A stretch of 56,676 bases of DNA from a virus: positions 1-56,676 of IMG/VR virus record IMGVR_UViG_3300031760_000087, one strand, 5' to 3'. This document shows positions 27,817-37,284 of this stretch, piece after piece. Under the pieces are notes generated by a model. The model had not been told where the DNA came from. It saw nothing but the letters and a program-made list of their open reading frames with translations, and did not search any database. Both the position numbers and the translations under genes were made by a program. Numbering within the stretch: the stretch's first letter is position 1; every line of letters starts with the position of its first letter.

Positions 27817-29579
27817 TGGTAGGTAGCAAACATATTCGCAGAAACTTCAATATGTCTGCTCACCGAAACATTCACTATTCAAGTGATTATTGGTTGGCAG
27901 AAATAACAAGGTTCGACAGAAAATATCTTGGAAAATATTACTACGAAACAAGCAACATCACAAAGAGTAGCAACTGTACCATAAAGAAGTGGAAGCCTTG
28001 GACTAGTTTTCAGAGTAAGGATAAGAAAATCTTTACTCTCACATTTTCCTATAATTGTCCATATGAGGGGGATTATAGGATAGAAACCCTCTATTCCAAT
28101 CTCAACATCAACGATTATAATAAGAATAAGATGAATGCTAACAAGAAGCTGAATATGAGTTACACAGTTGATGGTGCGAAAGTTGAAAACCAACACGAAT
28201 GGTTCACTTATTCTCAATATGATGGATTGAATATTATAGAGAAACATTTCACAGAGGGCGAACATACTTTCACATTATCTTGTGATCCTATGGCAGTAAT
28301 CCTTGGAATTATCATAAAGCCTTATTCAATCTATAAGGGTGATAATCTCAACCAAGAGTATTTGACTATTAAGGATTTTGACTTCAAACAAGCAAATGAC
28401 TTTAGTGTTGATGAGTTGAATTTGAATCTTCAATACTGGCACGAACTTGATTGTGATGATAGCCGAAGTGGATTCATATTTGATTACAGAGATGAGATTA
28501 ACTTCTATATTAGTCCGACTGTTCAAGCAAGTGATATCTTTGTGACTCCTATCGATAAAACCAAAAAGAAACAAATTTTTGGTGGTTACATCAGCACAGT
28601 AAGTGTTGACGATGATTTGCAAAAAATGACTATTAACTGTGCTAGTCGATTAACAGATTTAACTGACCGATACATCTACCCTGAATACATTCTGCTTGGT
28701 GGTAATGAGTCAGTAGATTCCTATAAACGAGGAAACAGTTTCTATGACCTTGAAAACTATGCACAAGTCATCAGACAATTACTATCACACCCACAAGTGC
28801 CAATCAGGTCAAACATCAGGGCAAATGGAACAATCGATGACAGTAAATACACAAAAAGCCCAAGAGTCCTCTTTGGTAGTGGAAAAGGCAGGAAGAAAGT
28901 AGTAAGCAAAAGCAATGTAGATGTAGAGTACAATACTAATAATGTTCAATTGAGAAATGGAACAAAAACAAATGTAACACAATCAGTATGCTTATTCAAA
29001 GAGAATAGCAAGAAATATGACATTACCAACTTCCCAACCTTTTACATCACTTATGGTATGGATGAGCCATTAAGTCAGACAAGCCTCACCAAATTCGAGT
29101 CAGAGAATATGGCACTACAAGGAATAAATGTAGCCAAAGAGATAAAGGCAGTTGTTGACCTCATCAAACCAAGAAGAGGAATCAAGGGAGCAGAGGATAT
29201 ATTCAACTGGGTAGTTAGACATATTCAATATGATAATTATCCAAATTTCCACCGAAAACCAGTATCCATCTTAAAACACCCTAAACGAGGAGCAAACTGT
29301 TGTGATATGGCACGATTAAATGCAAACCTCTTATATGCGAGTGGACTCTTAACAGACCCTGAACACAAGATAAAATGCTATTATATCAATGCAAATGGTG
29401 TTAAATTCAGAACTAGGACTTCAGGTCATGTGTATCTTAAATTAAAGTATCAACGAGCCGATAAGAGTTGGACAACCTGCTATATGGACACAACATCTTC
29501 ACAAGTGAAATTCGGACAGAAAAATGGAAAGGGAGGACACCAAGTTGGAAAAAGCGAATTCCCTAAACTACCATTCTAG
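27816..29579 (+). CDS. tail-associated protein with C-terminal transglutaminase-like Cys-His-Asp domain
   Basis: RGANCCDMARLNANLLYASGL ... SGHVYLKL ... CYMDTTS matches the transglutaminase-core cysteine peptidase pattern. The ATGA start overlaps the stop of the giant gene. Confidence 0.65.
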   Translation: MVGSKHIRRNFNMSAHRNIHYSSDYWLAEITRFDRKYLGKYYYETSNITKSSNCTIKKWKPWTSFQSKDKKIFTLTFSYNCPYEGDYRIETLYSNLNINDYNKNKMNANKKLNMSYTVDGAKVENQHEWFTYSQYDGLNIIEKHFTEGEHTFTLSCDPMAVILGIIIKPYSIYKGDNLNQEYLTIKDFDFKQANDFSVDELNLNLQYWHELDCDDSRSGFIFDYRDEINFYISPTVQASDIFVTPIDKTKKKQIFGGYISTVSVDDDLQKMTINCASRLTDLTDRYIYPEYILLGGNESVDSYKRGNSFYDLENYAQVIRQLLSHPQVPIRSNIRANGTIDDSKYTKSPRVLFGSGKGRKKVVSKSNVDVEYNTNNVQLRNGTKTNVTQSVCLFKENSKKYDITNFPTFYITYGMDEPLSQTSLTKFESENMALQGINVAKEIKAVVDLIKPRRGIKGAEDIFNWVVRHIQYDNYPNFHRKPVSILKHPKRGANCCDMARLNANLLYASGLLTDPEHKIKCYYINANGVKFRTRTSGHVYLKLKYQRADKSWTTCYMDTTSSQVKFGQKNGKGGHQVGKSEFPKLPF

Positions 29580-29591
29580 GAGTGATGAGTT

Positions 29592-31349
29592 ATGAGTTTT
29601 GATCCAAAGAGAAGAAAATTCTATGTTAACACCGACAAAATATCACGAAACCCCAAACCTGACATCGACTATGCTAAAAGAGTAGTCAAGGCATTGAAAA
29701 AACAAGGCTACTCTGCGAAGTATGTGGGAAGAGGACCAGATGTAAAAGGACATCCTAATAAATGGGGAAAGATGGATGAGTACTCTGTTAATGTCCATAT
29801 CGTTGGTGGGATGTGTGCAGGTACAATGGTAGACCTTACTGCGAAGTACTTCAAGAGGATGATGAAAGGTGGAACAGTAATCTTCGGCTTAAGAGTTGGT
29901 AAGCCATCTGCTATTCCATCTGCATTGAATAAGAAGAGTACTGACTTCGAGCATCTTAAATGGTTGCCTAGGGCTTGGGATGATGGTTTTAGTGGCAGCT
30001 TTAAGGGTTTGAAATACCCTGCCAATCATCTCCGAAGAAATAATGCAGGTTACTGTTATGACTGCGACCATACTGGAAGAAACATCAGCCCTGAACAGAT
30101 GGCAAAAAACCTTGTAGGCAACACTACTGGAGTATTCAATACCAAATATCAAAACAATAGTATAAGACCTAACTGGGGTAACTCCTACGAAGTTGATGAC
30201 TCTGATAGTGCAGGAACTACCCAAACCTTTGGTTTTGATAAGGATAATCCTTTTCAAGCATATATTAAGATTGTATTTTCTATTAATAATGAGTCGAAGA
30301 GGCGAGAAGCTATCTTTGACTTCACGAGTAATGCCCCTGATAAGAATTACTCATTCCAAACTGATGAAAAGGTATCATTTGAATGGTATAGTTTCAAGGA
30401 GTACAGACTGGATCTTGTGAGTCGGTTAAGAGAAGTGATGATGGATACTCAACACGAGAATCGTTATTACTTGCACGAAATTTGGTTACTAGATTATATT
30501 CCAATCCCTGACTCTGCGAATGGTGAGTCCAGTAAGTTGTATGATAAAAATACTGACCATAGTAGTTATAAAATGTTAGTGAGTGAATGTGGCTTCAGTA
30601 ACTACGAGGAAATATCAAGCAAGAGCCTTGGATTAAGTGGTCAGACACTTATGGATGGTATTGAAACTTGTATGGATGAAACTGATTTCTTGTACAAGAT
30701 TCAGTATGCACCGAAAAGATACAATGACAAGATTATCTTCTATAAGGATGACCAGTACACCGAACCTGCTGATTATAACATCTTCAAGCAAGGTGTTGAG
30801 GGTAATATTTTGACAGTATCGAATATTCAATATAGTCCGATTACTACCTTGAAGAATAGTAGTATCTGTGTTTACAAGAGTCAGGAGGATAATCATAATG
30901 AGGAGAGTTTGACTTATAATTATACTCAATCCTGCTACTTGGATTCTGTCTTGGAGTATGGTGAGCATACTGTGATGACAACTGCCTCTGACAACATTAG
31001 TGACTTGGAAGCCTTTTACCGAGCGAGGACTAATAAGGATTTCCAAGACAATATGGATATCTCATACTCAATTCAAGTTGCAGGTTATACTGGAACAGAA
31101 CTAATGGATTATGTGAAGACATTGATGAGCAATGACTATCTGAATTCTATCAAGAGAGTTAACAGTATTGAGATTACTGGAAATGTTGAACAAAGACCGA
31201 TGATTAAAACAACATTAGGTTTAGGTGCTATCGACAGAGCAATGGCTTTGAGCAAAAAACTACAAGATGACAGAAAACAAGCAAGAACAGAAAAAGCCGA
31301 AGTGGTCGGTGGAATCGGTTATGTTGATACAAGCAAATTATTCGAGTGA
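29592..31349 (+). CDS. baseplate / tail-tip region protein (585 aa), function unknown
   Basis: Synteny only. Confidence 0.6.
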   Translation: MSFDPKRRKFYVNTDKISRNPKPDIDYAKRVVKALKKQGYSAKYVGRGPDVKGHPNKWGKMDEYSVNVHIVGGMCAGTMVDLTAKYFKRMMKGGTVIFGLRVGKPSAIPSALNKKSTDFEHLKWLPRAWDDGFSGSFKGLKYPANHLRRNNAGYCYDCDHTGRNISPEQMAKNLVGNTTGVFNTKYQNNSIRPNWGNSYEVDDSDSAGTTQTFGFDKDNPFQAYIKIVFSINNESKRREAIFDFTSNAPDKNYSFQTDEKVSFEWYSFKEYRLDLVSRLREVMMDTQHENRYYLHEIWLLDYIPIPDSANGESSKLYDKNTDHSSYKMLVSECGFSNYEEISSKSLGLSGQTLMDGIETCMDETDFLYKIQYAPKRYNDKIIFYKDDQYTEPADYNIFKQGVEGNILTVSNIQYSPITTLKNSSICVYKSQEDNHNEESLTYNYTQSCYLDSVLEYGEHTVMTTASDNISDLEAFYRARTNKDFQDNMDISYSIQVAGYTGTELMDYVKTLMSNDYLNSIKRVNSIEITGNVEQRPMIKTTLGLGAIDRAMALSKKLQDDRKQARTEKAEVVGGIGYVDTSKLFE

Positions 31350-32053
31350 TAAGTATGGTTAATAATAAGGTTGCAAATGATATTGCAGGATTACAAGCTT
31401 CTAGGTTGAATAATGTTATTGATCCTAATCCTCAATATACTGACACTAGTTTTAGTAAGGAGGTTACTGAACTTTTCGACCCATCCTGCTTGGCTTACTT
31501 GGATAGTGAGGATAGGTTGTGTGTTGATAGTGTGACTGTTTCCTCTGAAATTATTTTCAATTATCCTTTTACCGAGTTGATGGAAAAGGGTGTTGAGGAG
31601 ATTCGGATTCAGTTTACTGTTGAGGGTGAGGGTAGTCCAGTTTTTGCAGGATTTGGTCTTGGCAGTAGTACTGTTAAGGATTTCAAATCCTACGAAATTG
31701 TGATAAATGATACAGTTAATGTAGATGAAACCATATCAACTTTAAGTTTCAGTAAGGAAGATGTAGCATATTATATGAAGACTGGATTATTCAGGCTTTA
31801 TCTTGTATTCTTGCAAGGAAATAGTGTCTGTAATGTGAAATTATCGAATGTTATTGTGACTTTCACATATACGAATAATATTGTTAATGAGGTTAAGGTT
31901 ATTGAGAATAGGTTGGAGGCTTTGGGGGTTCTTGATAGTAGTGGTGATAGTGTTAATTTGGATGGTTATGGTATTGATTTTGATTTAGTTTTTAGTGGTG
32001 TAAGTGGGAGAGATGATAGTTTGACTTTTAGTATAGATTTGGTAAAGGAGTGA
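31346..32053 (+). CDS. tail-tip region protein (235 aa), function unknown
   Basis: ORF track, overlapping stop/start with the upstream gene. Confidence 0.55.
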   Translation: MISMVNNKVANDIAGLQASRLNNVIDPNPQYTDTSFSKEVTELFDPSCLAYLDSEDRLCVDSVTVSSEIIFNYPFTELMEKGVEEIRIQFTVEGEGSPVFAGFGLGSSTVKDFKSYEIVINDTVNVDETISTLSFSKEDVAYYMKTGLFRLYLVFLQGNSVCNVKLSNVIVTFTYTNNIVNEVKVIENRLEALGVLDSSGDSVNLDGYGIDFDLVFSGVSGRDDSLTFSIDLVKE

Positions 32054-32060
32054 ATAGTTT

Positions 32061-32813
32061 ATGGCTGATAAGACAATAACAGGAATAGTGACTTGGTTGA
32101 AAGGATGGTTTTATGATAAGGATGAGATAACTACAAAGGAGAATGCTTTGCAGACACAGATTAATAACAAGGCTTCTCAAAGTGACTTGAATACTCTGTC
32201 TTCTACTGTGAGTGGTAAGGCAGATAGTGTGCATACTCATAGCAGTACTGATGTAGTGGAGAGTAGTGCATTATCTAATATTGGTACAAGTGCTAATGCT
32301 ACTCAATCTGCGATAAATTCAAAACTGGATACTATTGTGGGTAACTTGACTGGTGCAGATATTATCAAGGTAGTTACTGCATTGCCAACTGCATCTGCAT
32401 CTACTATGAATGCATTGTACTTGCTTTCAAGCAATAGTCAATATGATATTTATATTACAATTGAAAATAGTGGATCATACAGTTGGGAGAAGTTGGATGA
32501 TGATGTGTTATCTGATTTGAGTATTGCTTGGGGTGATATTACTGGGAAACCATCAAGTTTCACACCAACAAGTCATAGTAGCTCTGCAACCACTTATGGT
32601 GTTGGTAGTGCTAGTAACTATGGACATAATAAAGTAATTGACAATCTCAATCAATCTACAAATCAGAATGGTTACTCATTGTCTGCTCATCAAGGTTATG
32701 TTCTGAATCAGAACAAGGCAGAGAAATCACAAGTGATTGACTGGGATACTTTGACTCTTGTTCCCAAGGCAACTGATGAAACTGGTGCGATAACATTTGA
32801 TTATCTTGAGTAG
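32061..32813 (+). CDS. tail fibre / receptor-binding protein, paralogue 1
   Basis: The N-terminus DKTITGIVTWLKGWFYDKDEI is shared with the next ORF. S/T/N-rich fibre-like sequence. Confidence 0.55.
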   Translation: MADKTITGIVTWLKGWFYDKDEITTKENALQTQINNKASQSDLNTLSSTVSGKADSVHTHSSTDVVESSALSNIGTSANATQSAINSKLDTIVGNLTGADIIKVVTALPTASASTMNALYLLSSNSQYDIYITIENSGSYSWEKLDDDVLSDLSIAWGDITGKPSSFTPTSHSSSATTYGVGSASNYGHNKVIDNLNQSTNQNGYSLSAHQGYVLNQNKAEKSQVIDWDTLTLVPKATDETGAITFDYLE

Positions 32814-33551
32814 GTGATTAAGTTGTCTGACAAGACAATAACTGGTGTAGTTACTTGGCTTCGGAACTGGTTTTATACTAAATCAGAAGTGGATAGTTTA
32901 GTAACTACTGGTGGAACAATCAGTATAGAAGACACCGACCTTTTCGATGTACTGCAATGTGTAATTGATAATTTCGATGATTTTAACACAGAGTACTTAT
33001 TCTACGATGCTTGTGATAGTGCAACAACATTGAGCAACTATGAAAGTTCAATCCCATTAAGAAACAGTGGCAGTTCTGCAATGACACAAAATGGCACAAA
33101 GCATCAATTGACAATCACAAAGCAGGGGCAATCATTTATAGAAATCCCCGCACTTGAAGGAGTTACAGACAGTTTCAAAATGATTATTCATTCACAAAGC
33201 AGTAACCATTGTGGAATTGGACTCTGTTTGTACATTGATGAAAACAACTGGTATACAATCGGAGACACATCAGAGAAAATTTGGACATACCAAAAAGTCA
33301 ATGGGACTTTCAGTTACACAGAAGGAAGTGCCACACCTAGCTATATTGGTGCAGCTTTAGTACAAGAATGTATCTATGACTCACAGACACACAAGATGAC
33401 CTTGAACAGATATGACTCAAATATGGTCTTCATTCAAAGCAAAGAGTTATCTGTTCCTTCAACAATAACCAATCCGCATTGGGGTGTTGCAACAGACTGG
33501 TATAAAAATGCGTATGTCTTGCTTGAAAAAATCGAAGTAGAAAGTTTATAA
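32814..33551 (+). CDS. tail fibre / receptor-binding protein, paralogue 2 (GTG start)
   Basis: N-terminus DKTITGVVTWLRNWFYTKSEV. The C-terminal part is unrelated to paralogue 1. Confidence 0.55.
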   Translation: MIKLSDKTITGVVTWLRNWFYTKSEVDSLVTTGGTISIEDTDLFDVLQCVIDNFDDFNTEYLFYDACDSATTLSNYESSIPLRNSGSSAMTQNGTKHQLTITKQGQSFIEIPALEGVTDSFKMIIHSQSSNHCGIGLCLYIDENNWYTIGDTSEKIWTYQKVNGTFSYTEGSATPSYIGAALVQECIYDSQTHKMTLNRYDSNMVFIQSKELSVPSTITNPHWGVATDWYKNAYVLLEKIEVESL

Positions 33552-33683
33552 TCGTGTTACGAGGGTATTCCTTATCCTAAAAAAAGGGTGGTGAAAAAAT
33601 TACAACTATAAAAACAAAAAATATAATCAATGAAGCAAAAGAAATCAAAAAATATATAGAAAAAGGGTGATGAGGTTATAAAA

Positions 33684-34328
33684 ATGGTTGATGAAACAAT
33701 ATCTGAAAAATGTGAAACTTTATATAATAAATTGAACAGTTTTGTGGCTAGTGTGATTAGCAGAGATGTCACACCGAAGATTAGTAACTTGAATACAGAG
33801 GTTTGGGGAAGTGATACTCAAACTGGGAATAGTCGAATTGATACTTTGAATACTAATTTCAATAATCTTGATAGTAGTATTACTAGTATGGAGTCTGATA
33901 TTAACAATGTTGAGTCTGATGTTAGTAACTTGCAAACTAGTGTGAATTCGCTAAACACCATCTACGAAGCAAGTGGAACATTTGTCACAAACACTTGCTT
34001 CAGTTATCGTACAAATCTTGGCAATTTTCGTAGAGTAGGTAATGTTGTGCAATTTGAAATGGGTGACAATGTCAAAGCAACAAACACAACTACAAGAGGT
34101 GCAACCTACACTTACTTGACTATCCCTGATGGTTTCAAACCAGTACAGAGTATGTATATGCAGAATATGTACTGGTTGAATAATGAGAAAGAGCATCAAA
34201 TCACTTTCATAGCACAACCAAATGGACAGTTAAATGCAAGAGTATGGTGGATTCAATCTACCACTCAAGATGTCGGTCTAATGATTGGAGCGACTTGGAT
34301 AACAAATGACACTACTCCAAGCCAGTAA
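33684..34328 (+). CDS. fibre-like protein with N-terminal coiled-coil repeats
   Basis: Has IDTLNTNFNNLDSSITSMESDINNVESDVSNLQTSVNSLN. It has its own A/T-rich upstream region with a TATA-like AAATATATAG. Confidence 0.5.
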   Translation: MVDETISEKCETLYNKLNSFVASVISRDVTPKISNLNTEVWGSDTQTGNSRIDTLNTNFNNLDSSITSMESDINNVESDVSNLQTSVNSLNTIYEASGTFVTNTCFSYRTNLGNFRRVGNVVQFEMGDNVKATNTTTRGATYTYLTIPDGFKPVQSMYMQNMYWLNNEKEHQITFIAQPNGQLNARVWWIQSTTQDVGLMIGATWITNDTTPSQ

Positions 34329-34348
34329 CTTAAAGGAACAAGGAAACT

Positions 34349-34501
34349 ATGACAAAAGCAAACCCCAACCCATACCCATTCATATACACAAACCAATGTG
34401 TCTACTGTTACAACGAGGGCAGACCACAATGCCACCTAGAAGAAACAGAAAACAACAAATGCAAAAACTACACAACACAACCCCCAAAAGAGGTGAAATA
34501 A
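34349..34501 (+). CDS. small Cys-containing protein (50 aa; not in ORF track)
   Basis: Hand translation gives MTKANPNPYPFIYTNQCVYCYNEGRPQCHLEETENNKCKNYTTQPPKEVK. AGGAA lies 3 nt upstream, and the stop is followed 1 nt later by the lysin ATG (TAATATG). Confidence 0.4.
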   Translation: MTKANPNPYPFIYTNQCVYCYNEGRPQCHLEETENNKCKNYTTQPPKEVK

Positions 34502-34502
34502 T

Positions 34503-35195
34503 ATGACAAAATTCAACATCACAAACATCAAAAACGAGGGAAAAGAAATAAGAGCATTCATCAAAAAAAACAAATACTACCCACGATATGCCACCATAAA
34601 AGACACCAATGGAAAAGAACACAAACTAAAACCTAGCCAGTACAATGGATTATTCGAGTCCACAAATATTTACTGGATCAAGAATGGAAGACTACCAAAC
34701 TATGTCACATTGAACACTACTGCCAACAATCCACTAGTAATGGATTATCAGAATAATAAGTACACTTGTTGCCCCACCTCACTATCTATGGCTATTCAAA
34801 TGCTCTATGGATTCAAATCCGAGAACGAGTGCAAACGAGCTTGTCAGACAGTAGAAAGAGATAACATTGGAACAAGCCCTGCCAAATTAGTAGCAGGTGC
34901 TAAATCATTAGGTTACTCCTGCACCCCAATAAGCAGGAAATTCAGTAGTGTAACTGCAAGTCTGCAATCCTGCAAACCAGTAATAGCACATTGCCAAACA
35001 AGAGGCTTAAGATTCACCGATGGAACTGGATACCAAGGCGATTATGGGCATTATATCCTAGTTTGGGGAACAAAAGGAGGCAACCAGTACAAGGTAGCCG
35101 ACCCAAGCCGAGGACTCAAAACAATCAATGCCAAAGTCCTTAATAGTGCTACTGGTGGCAGAGATATCAAATACTATTCAATCGGAGTATTATAA
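34503..35195 (+). CDS. lysin candidate: papain-fold cysteine peptidase (C39-like / Pei-like)
   Basis: Has Cys (YTCCPTSLSMAIQMLYG), His (GDYGHYILVWG) and Asp (KVADPSRG) in the right order. It is the last gene of the late operon and is followed by a T-run. Confidence 0.55.
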   Translation: MTKFNITNIKNEGKEIRAFIKKNKYYPRYATIKDTNGKEHKLKPSQYNGLFESTNIYWIKNGRLPNYVTLNTTANNPLVMDYQNNKYTCCPTSLSMAIQMLYGFKSENECKRACQTVERDNIGTSPAKLVAGAKSLGYSCTPISRKFSSVTASLQSCKPVIAHCQTRGLRFTDGTGYQGDYGHYILVWGTKGGNQYKVADPSRGLKTINAKVLNSATGGRDIKYYSIGVL

Positions 35196-35399
35196 TCATA
35201 CTCCCCAATTTCTCTTTTTTTATACTATATACAGATTCTGTAAATCAACCCACTCTTTTTACCACATTACTATATACAGAATCCATACTTTTAAATACTC
35301 ACAACCATATATAGTCTACTATACACTACTACACATCACTAGTGTATGATGACACAATTAACTATATATACAAGTTGCCACAGATAATATAGTAGGAAA

Positions 35400-36590
35400 G
35401 TGAGTTATATGACACAAGCAAAAACCAACCTTGAAATCATAAATGAATTTTGTGAGAAGAAACAACATTCCTCTCACACTAGAACAGTATACAAAACAAC
35501 TTTAATGAAATATGCACAGTTTAATAATATGAGTCTTTGCGACCTCATAAAAGAAGCTGAAGCCGAAGAGGACAAAGGCATCAGATGGAAAAGATGCAAT
35601 TTACTCAACAGACTTGAAAGTTTCAGAGCTTACTTGGTAAAGAATTTTTCAGAAAATACTGCCAAGCAAGACCTCTCACGAGTTAAGACTTTTTATAAAA
35701 GTTTTCGTATAGAGATTGGAGAATTAGATTATCTCTCCGACAAGGTTTACAATAAAAAACCAACCTTGGAATTTGAAGAGATAATCGACAAGGACACTAT
35801 CAGAAGAACCCTTGAATTATGCACTCCAGTATTGAAAAGTCTGATCCTATTCCAAACTTCTTCAGGTAGTGCCAAGGCAGAAGCCCTGAACCTAACCATT
35901 CAAGACTTCATAGATTCAGTAAGCAGTTACACAGATGCTACTGAATTAAAACAAGTCCTAAATGATTTAAATGGGAAATGTGTAATTCCAAAGTTTAAAA
36001 TTAAGAGGCAAAAAATTAACGAGTACTACTACACATTCTGTAGTCCTGAATGTACTCAACAAATCGTTGACTACTTGAAGATGAGAAGAGTCAGAAGTTT
36101 AGATGAGCCTCTCTTCAAGATAAGTGATGTCTACTACAAGCAGATGTTGATAAATCTCAACAACGAGCTTGGACTAGGAAAATGCTCCGATGGTTTCAAC
36201 AAATTAAGAAGCCACCAATTAAGGAAGTACTTTGCAACCACAATGATGAATGGAAAAGGCTGCAAATTATCAATGACAGATATTGACTTCCTGGAGGGCA
36301 GGGCATCAAAAGGCAGTAGGAAATCCTATTTCTTCCAGGACTCTGAACGATTACGAGTCAAATATGCAGAAAGTATGAACGCTATCTGCATTAATAAACA
36401 GTATGAAGTTGATGTTGTCTTGGATCAACTTGAAATCGTTGAAGTTGGTTCTCAAACCTACGAACAACGAAAGGTCAAGGAACAAGCAGAGCGAATAGCA
36501 ATGCTTGAATCAAGGTTGAGCGAAAGAAACATCTTAATTGAGGATATCGACAAAATTGTCGACCTCATTGATGCAATGGGAACTTTTTAA
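35400..36590 (+). CDS. int: tyrosine recombinase / integrase (likely start ATG 35409)
   Basis: HxxR box (KLRSHQLRKYFATT) and a C-terminal Tyr region (GRASKGSRKSYFFQ). The N-terminal SAM-like core-binding region is typical of phage integrases. Confidence 0.75.
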   Translation: MSYMTQAKTNLEIINEFCEKKQHSSHTRTVYKTTLMKYAQFNNMSLCDLIKEAEAEEDKGIRWKRCNLLNRLESFRAYLVKNFSENTAKQDLSRVKTFYKSFRIEIGELDYLSDKVYNKKPTLEFEEIIDKDTIRRTLELCTPVLKSLILFQTSSGSAKAEALNLTIQDFIDSVSSYTDATELKQVLNDLNGKCVIPKFKIKRQKINEYYYTFCSPECTQQIVDYLKMRRVRSLDEPLFKISDVYYKQMLINLNNELGLGKCSDGFNKLRSHQLRKYFATTMMNGKGCKLSMTDIDFLEGRASKGSRKSYFFQDSERLRVKYAESMNAICINKQYEVDVVLDQLEIVEVGSQTYEQRKVKEQAERIAMLESRLSERNILIEDIDKIVDLIDAMGTF

Positions 36591-36645
36591 TCTTCAATTT
36601 CCCATTATAACTTTTTTTAACAATTTTCAAATGGGGTCACCTCTT

Positions 36646-36718
36646 GTTGAGTAAATCGACCCTTTTGTTGCAAATTTCGAGCAAATGTTGAGTAAATTAG
36701 GGTAAATGTTGAGTAAAT
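36646..36718 (+). repeat. Locus B: multi-repeat module (3 x GTTGAGTAAAT, 1 x CCCTTTTGTTGCA) 56 nt downstream of int
   Basis: GTTGAGTAAAT at 36646, 36687 and 36708 (spacing 41 and 21 nt). Homologous to locus A. Confidence 0.9.
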
Positions 36719-37126
36719 CATCCATTTTGTAACACCCAAAAAAGCCAAACTGAACCCCTTATCGAAAAAGAAGACACGAGAAGTCTTAAACCCATTTTTT
36801 CCCTCTCAAAACACACACCCCTACTTTTTTTCTAATCATTAGTAAATTATAAAACAATCCACTAATGAATATTATATGATATATATTATATTTTTCCTTA
36901 TATATAAACTAACACTATAATATATTCAATCCCAAAATTGAACAAGATAACAAAATAGGAAACCAAAACTTGAACACGAAAAAATAAATCACCAGTATTT
37001 TATTTTCACGAGTCGACAAAGTAATAATCAACAAAATAATATCTTGAACAAATCCCTAAAACAAGCTCTAAACAAGGAATGGATAAGTATAAATAGGTTA
37101 TCAAACAAAAAGAAGATTACAAAAAT

Positions 37127-37165
37127 TTTGACACTAAAAGGATGGATCATCCAAATAGTGTCAAA
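37127..37165. promoter_or_regulatory. Nested palindrome TTTGACACTA-N6-TGGATCATCCA-N2-TAGTGTCAAA
   Basis: The outer 10-bp arms are perfect reverse complements. The inner 11-bp palindrome is centred on C. Confidence 0.6.
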
Positions 37166-37284
37166 TAATTTCACACAAAAACGAAGTGAGAAAAACCAAA
37201 ACAAAAAAATAGACTTTTGAGATGAGGTGTCATATTCTTTATTATATGATTTCTCACAAACTATAATATATCATTATATTATAT

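Noticed and set aside
19118-31046. Numerous minus-strand and alternate-frame ORFs inside the large tail genes (for example 19118-19597, 21697-22095, 27879-28265, 30633-31046)
   Set aside because: All are embedded antisense or out of frame in long, well-supported + strand genes. Their I/L/N-rich translations are typical of AT-rich antisense frames.
19777-34328. A diversity-generating retroelement or invertible (shufflon-type) fibre system
   Set aside because: No reverse transcriptase, template repeat or invertase gene was found. No inverted repeats flanking the fibre genes were seen, and the shared fibre N-termini are in direct orientation.
34306-34506. Track ORF (66 aa) between the fibre-like gene and the lysin
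   Set aside because: It overlaps the end of the upstream gene and has basic, low-complexity content. The alternative 50-aa frame (34349-34501) has a ribosome site and ends 1 nt before the lysin ATG.
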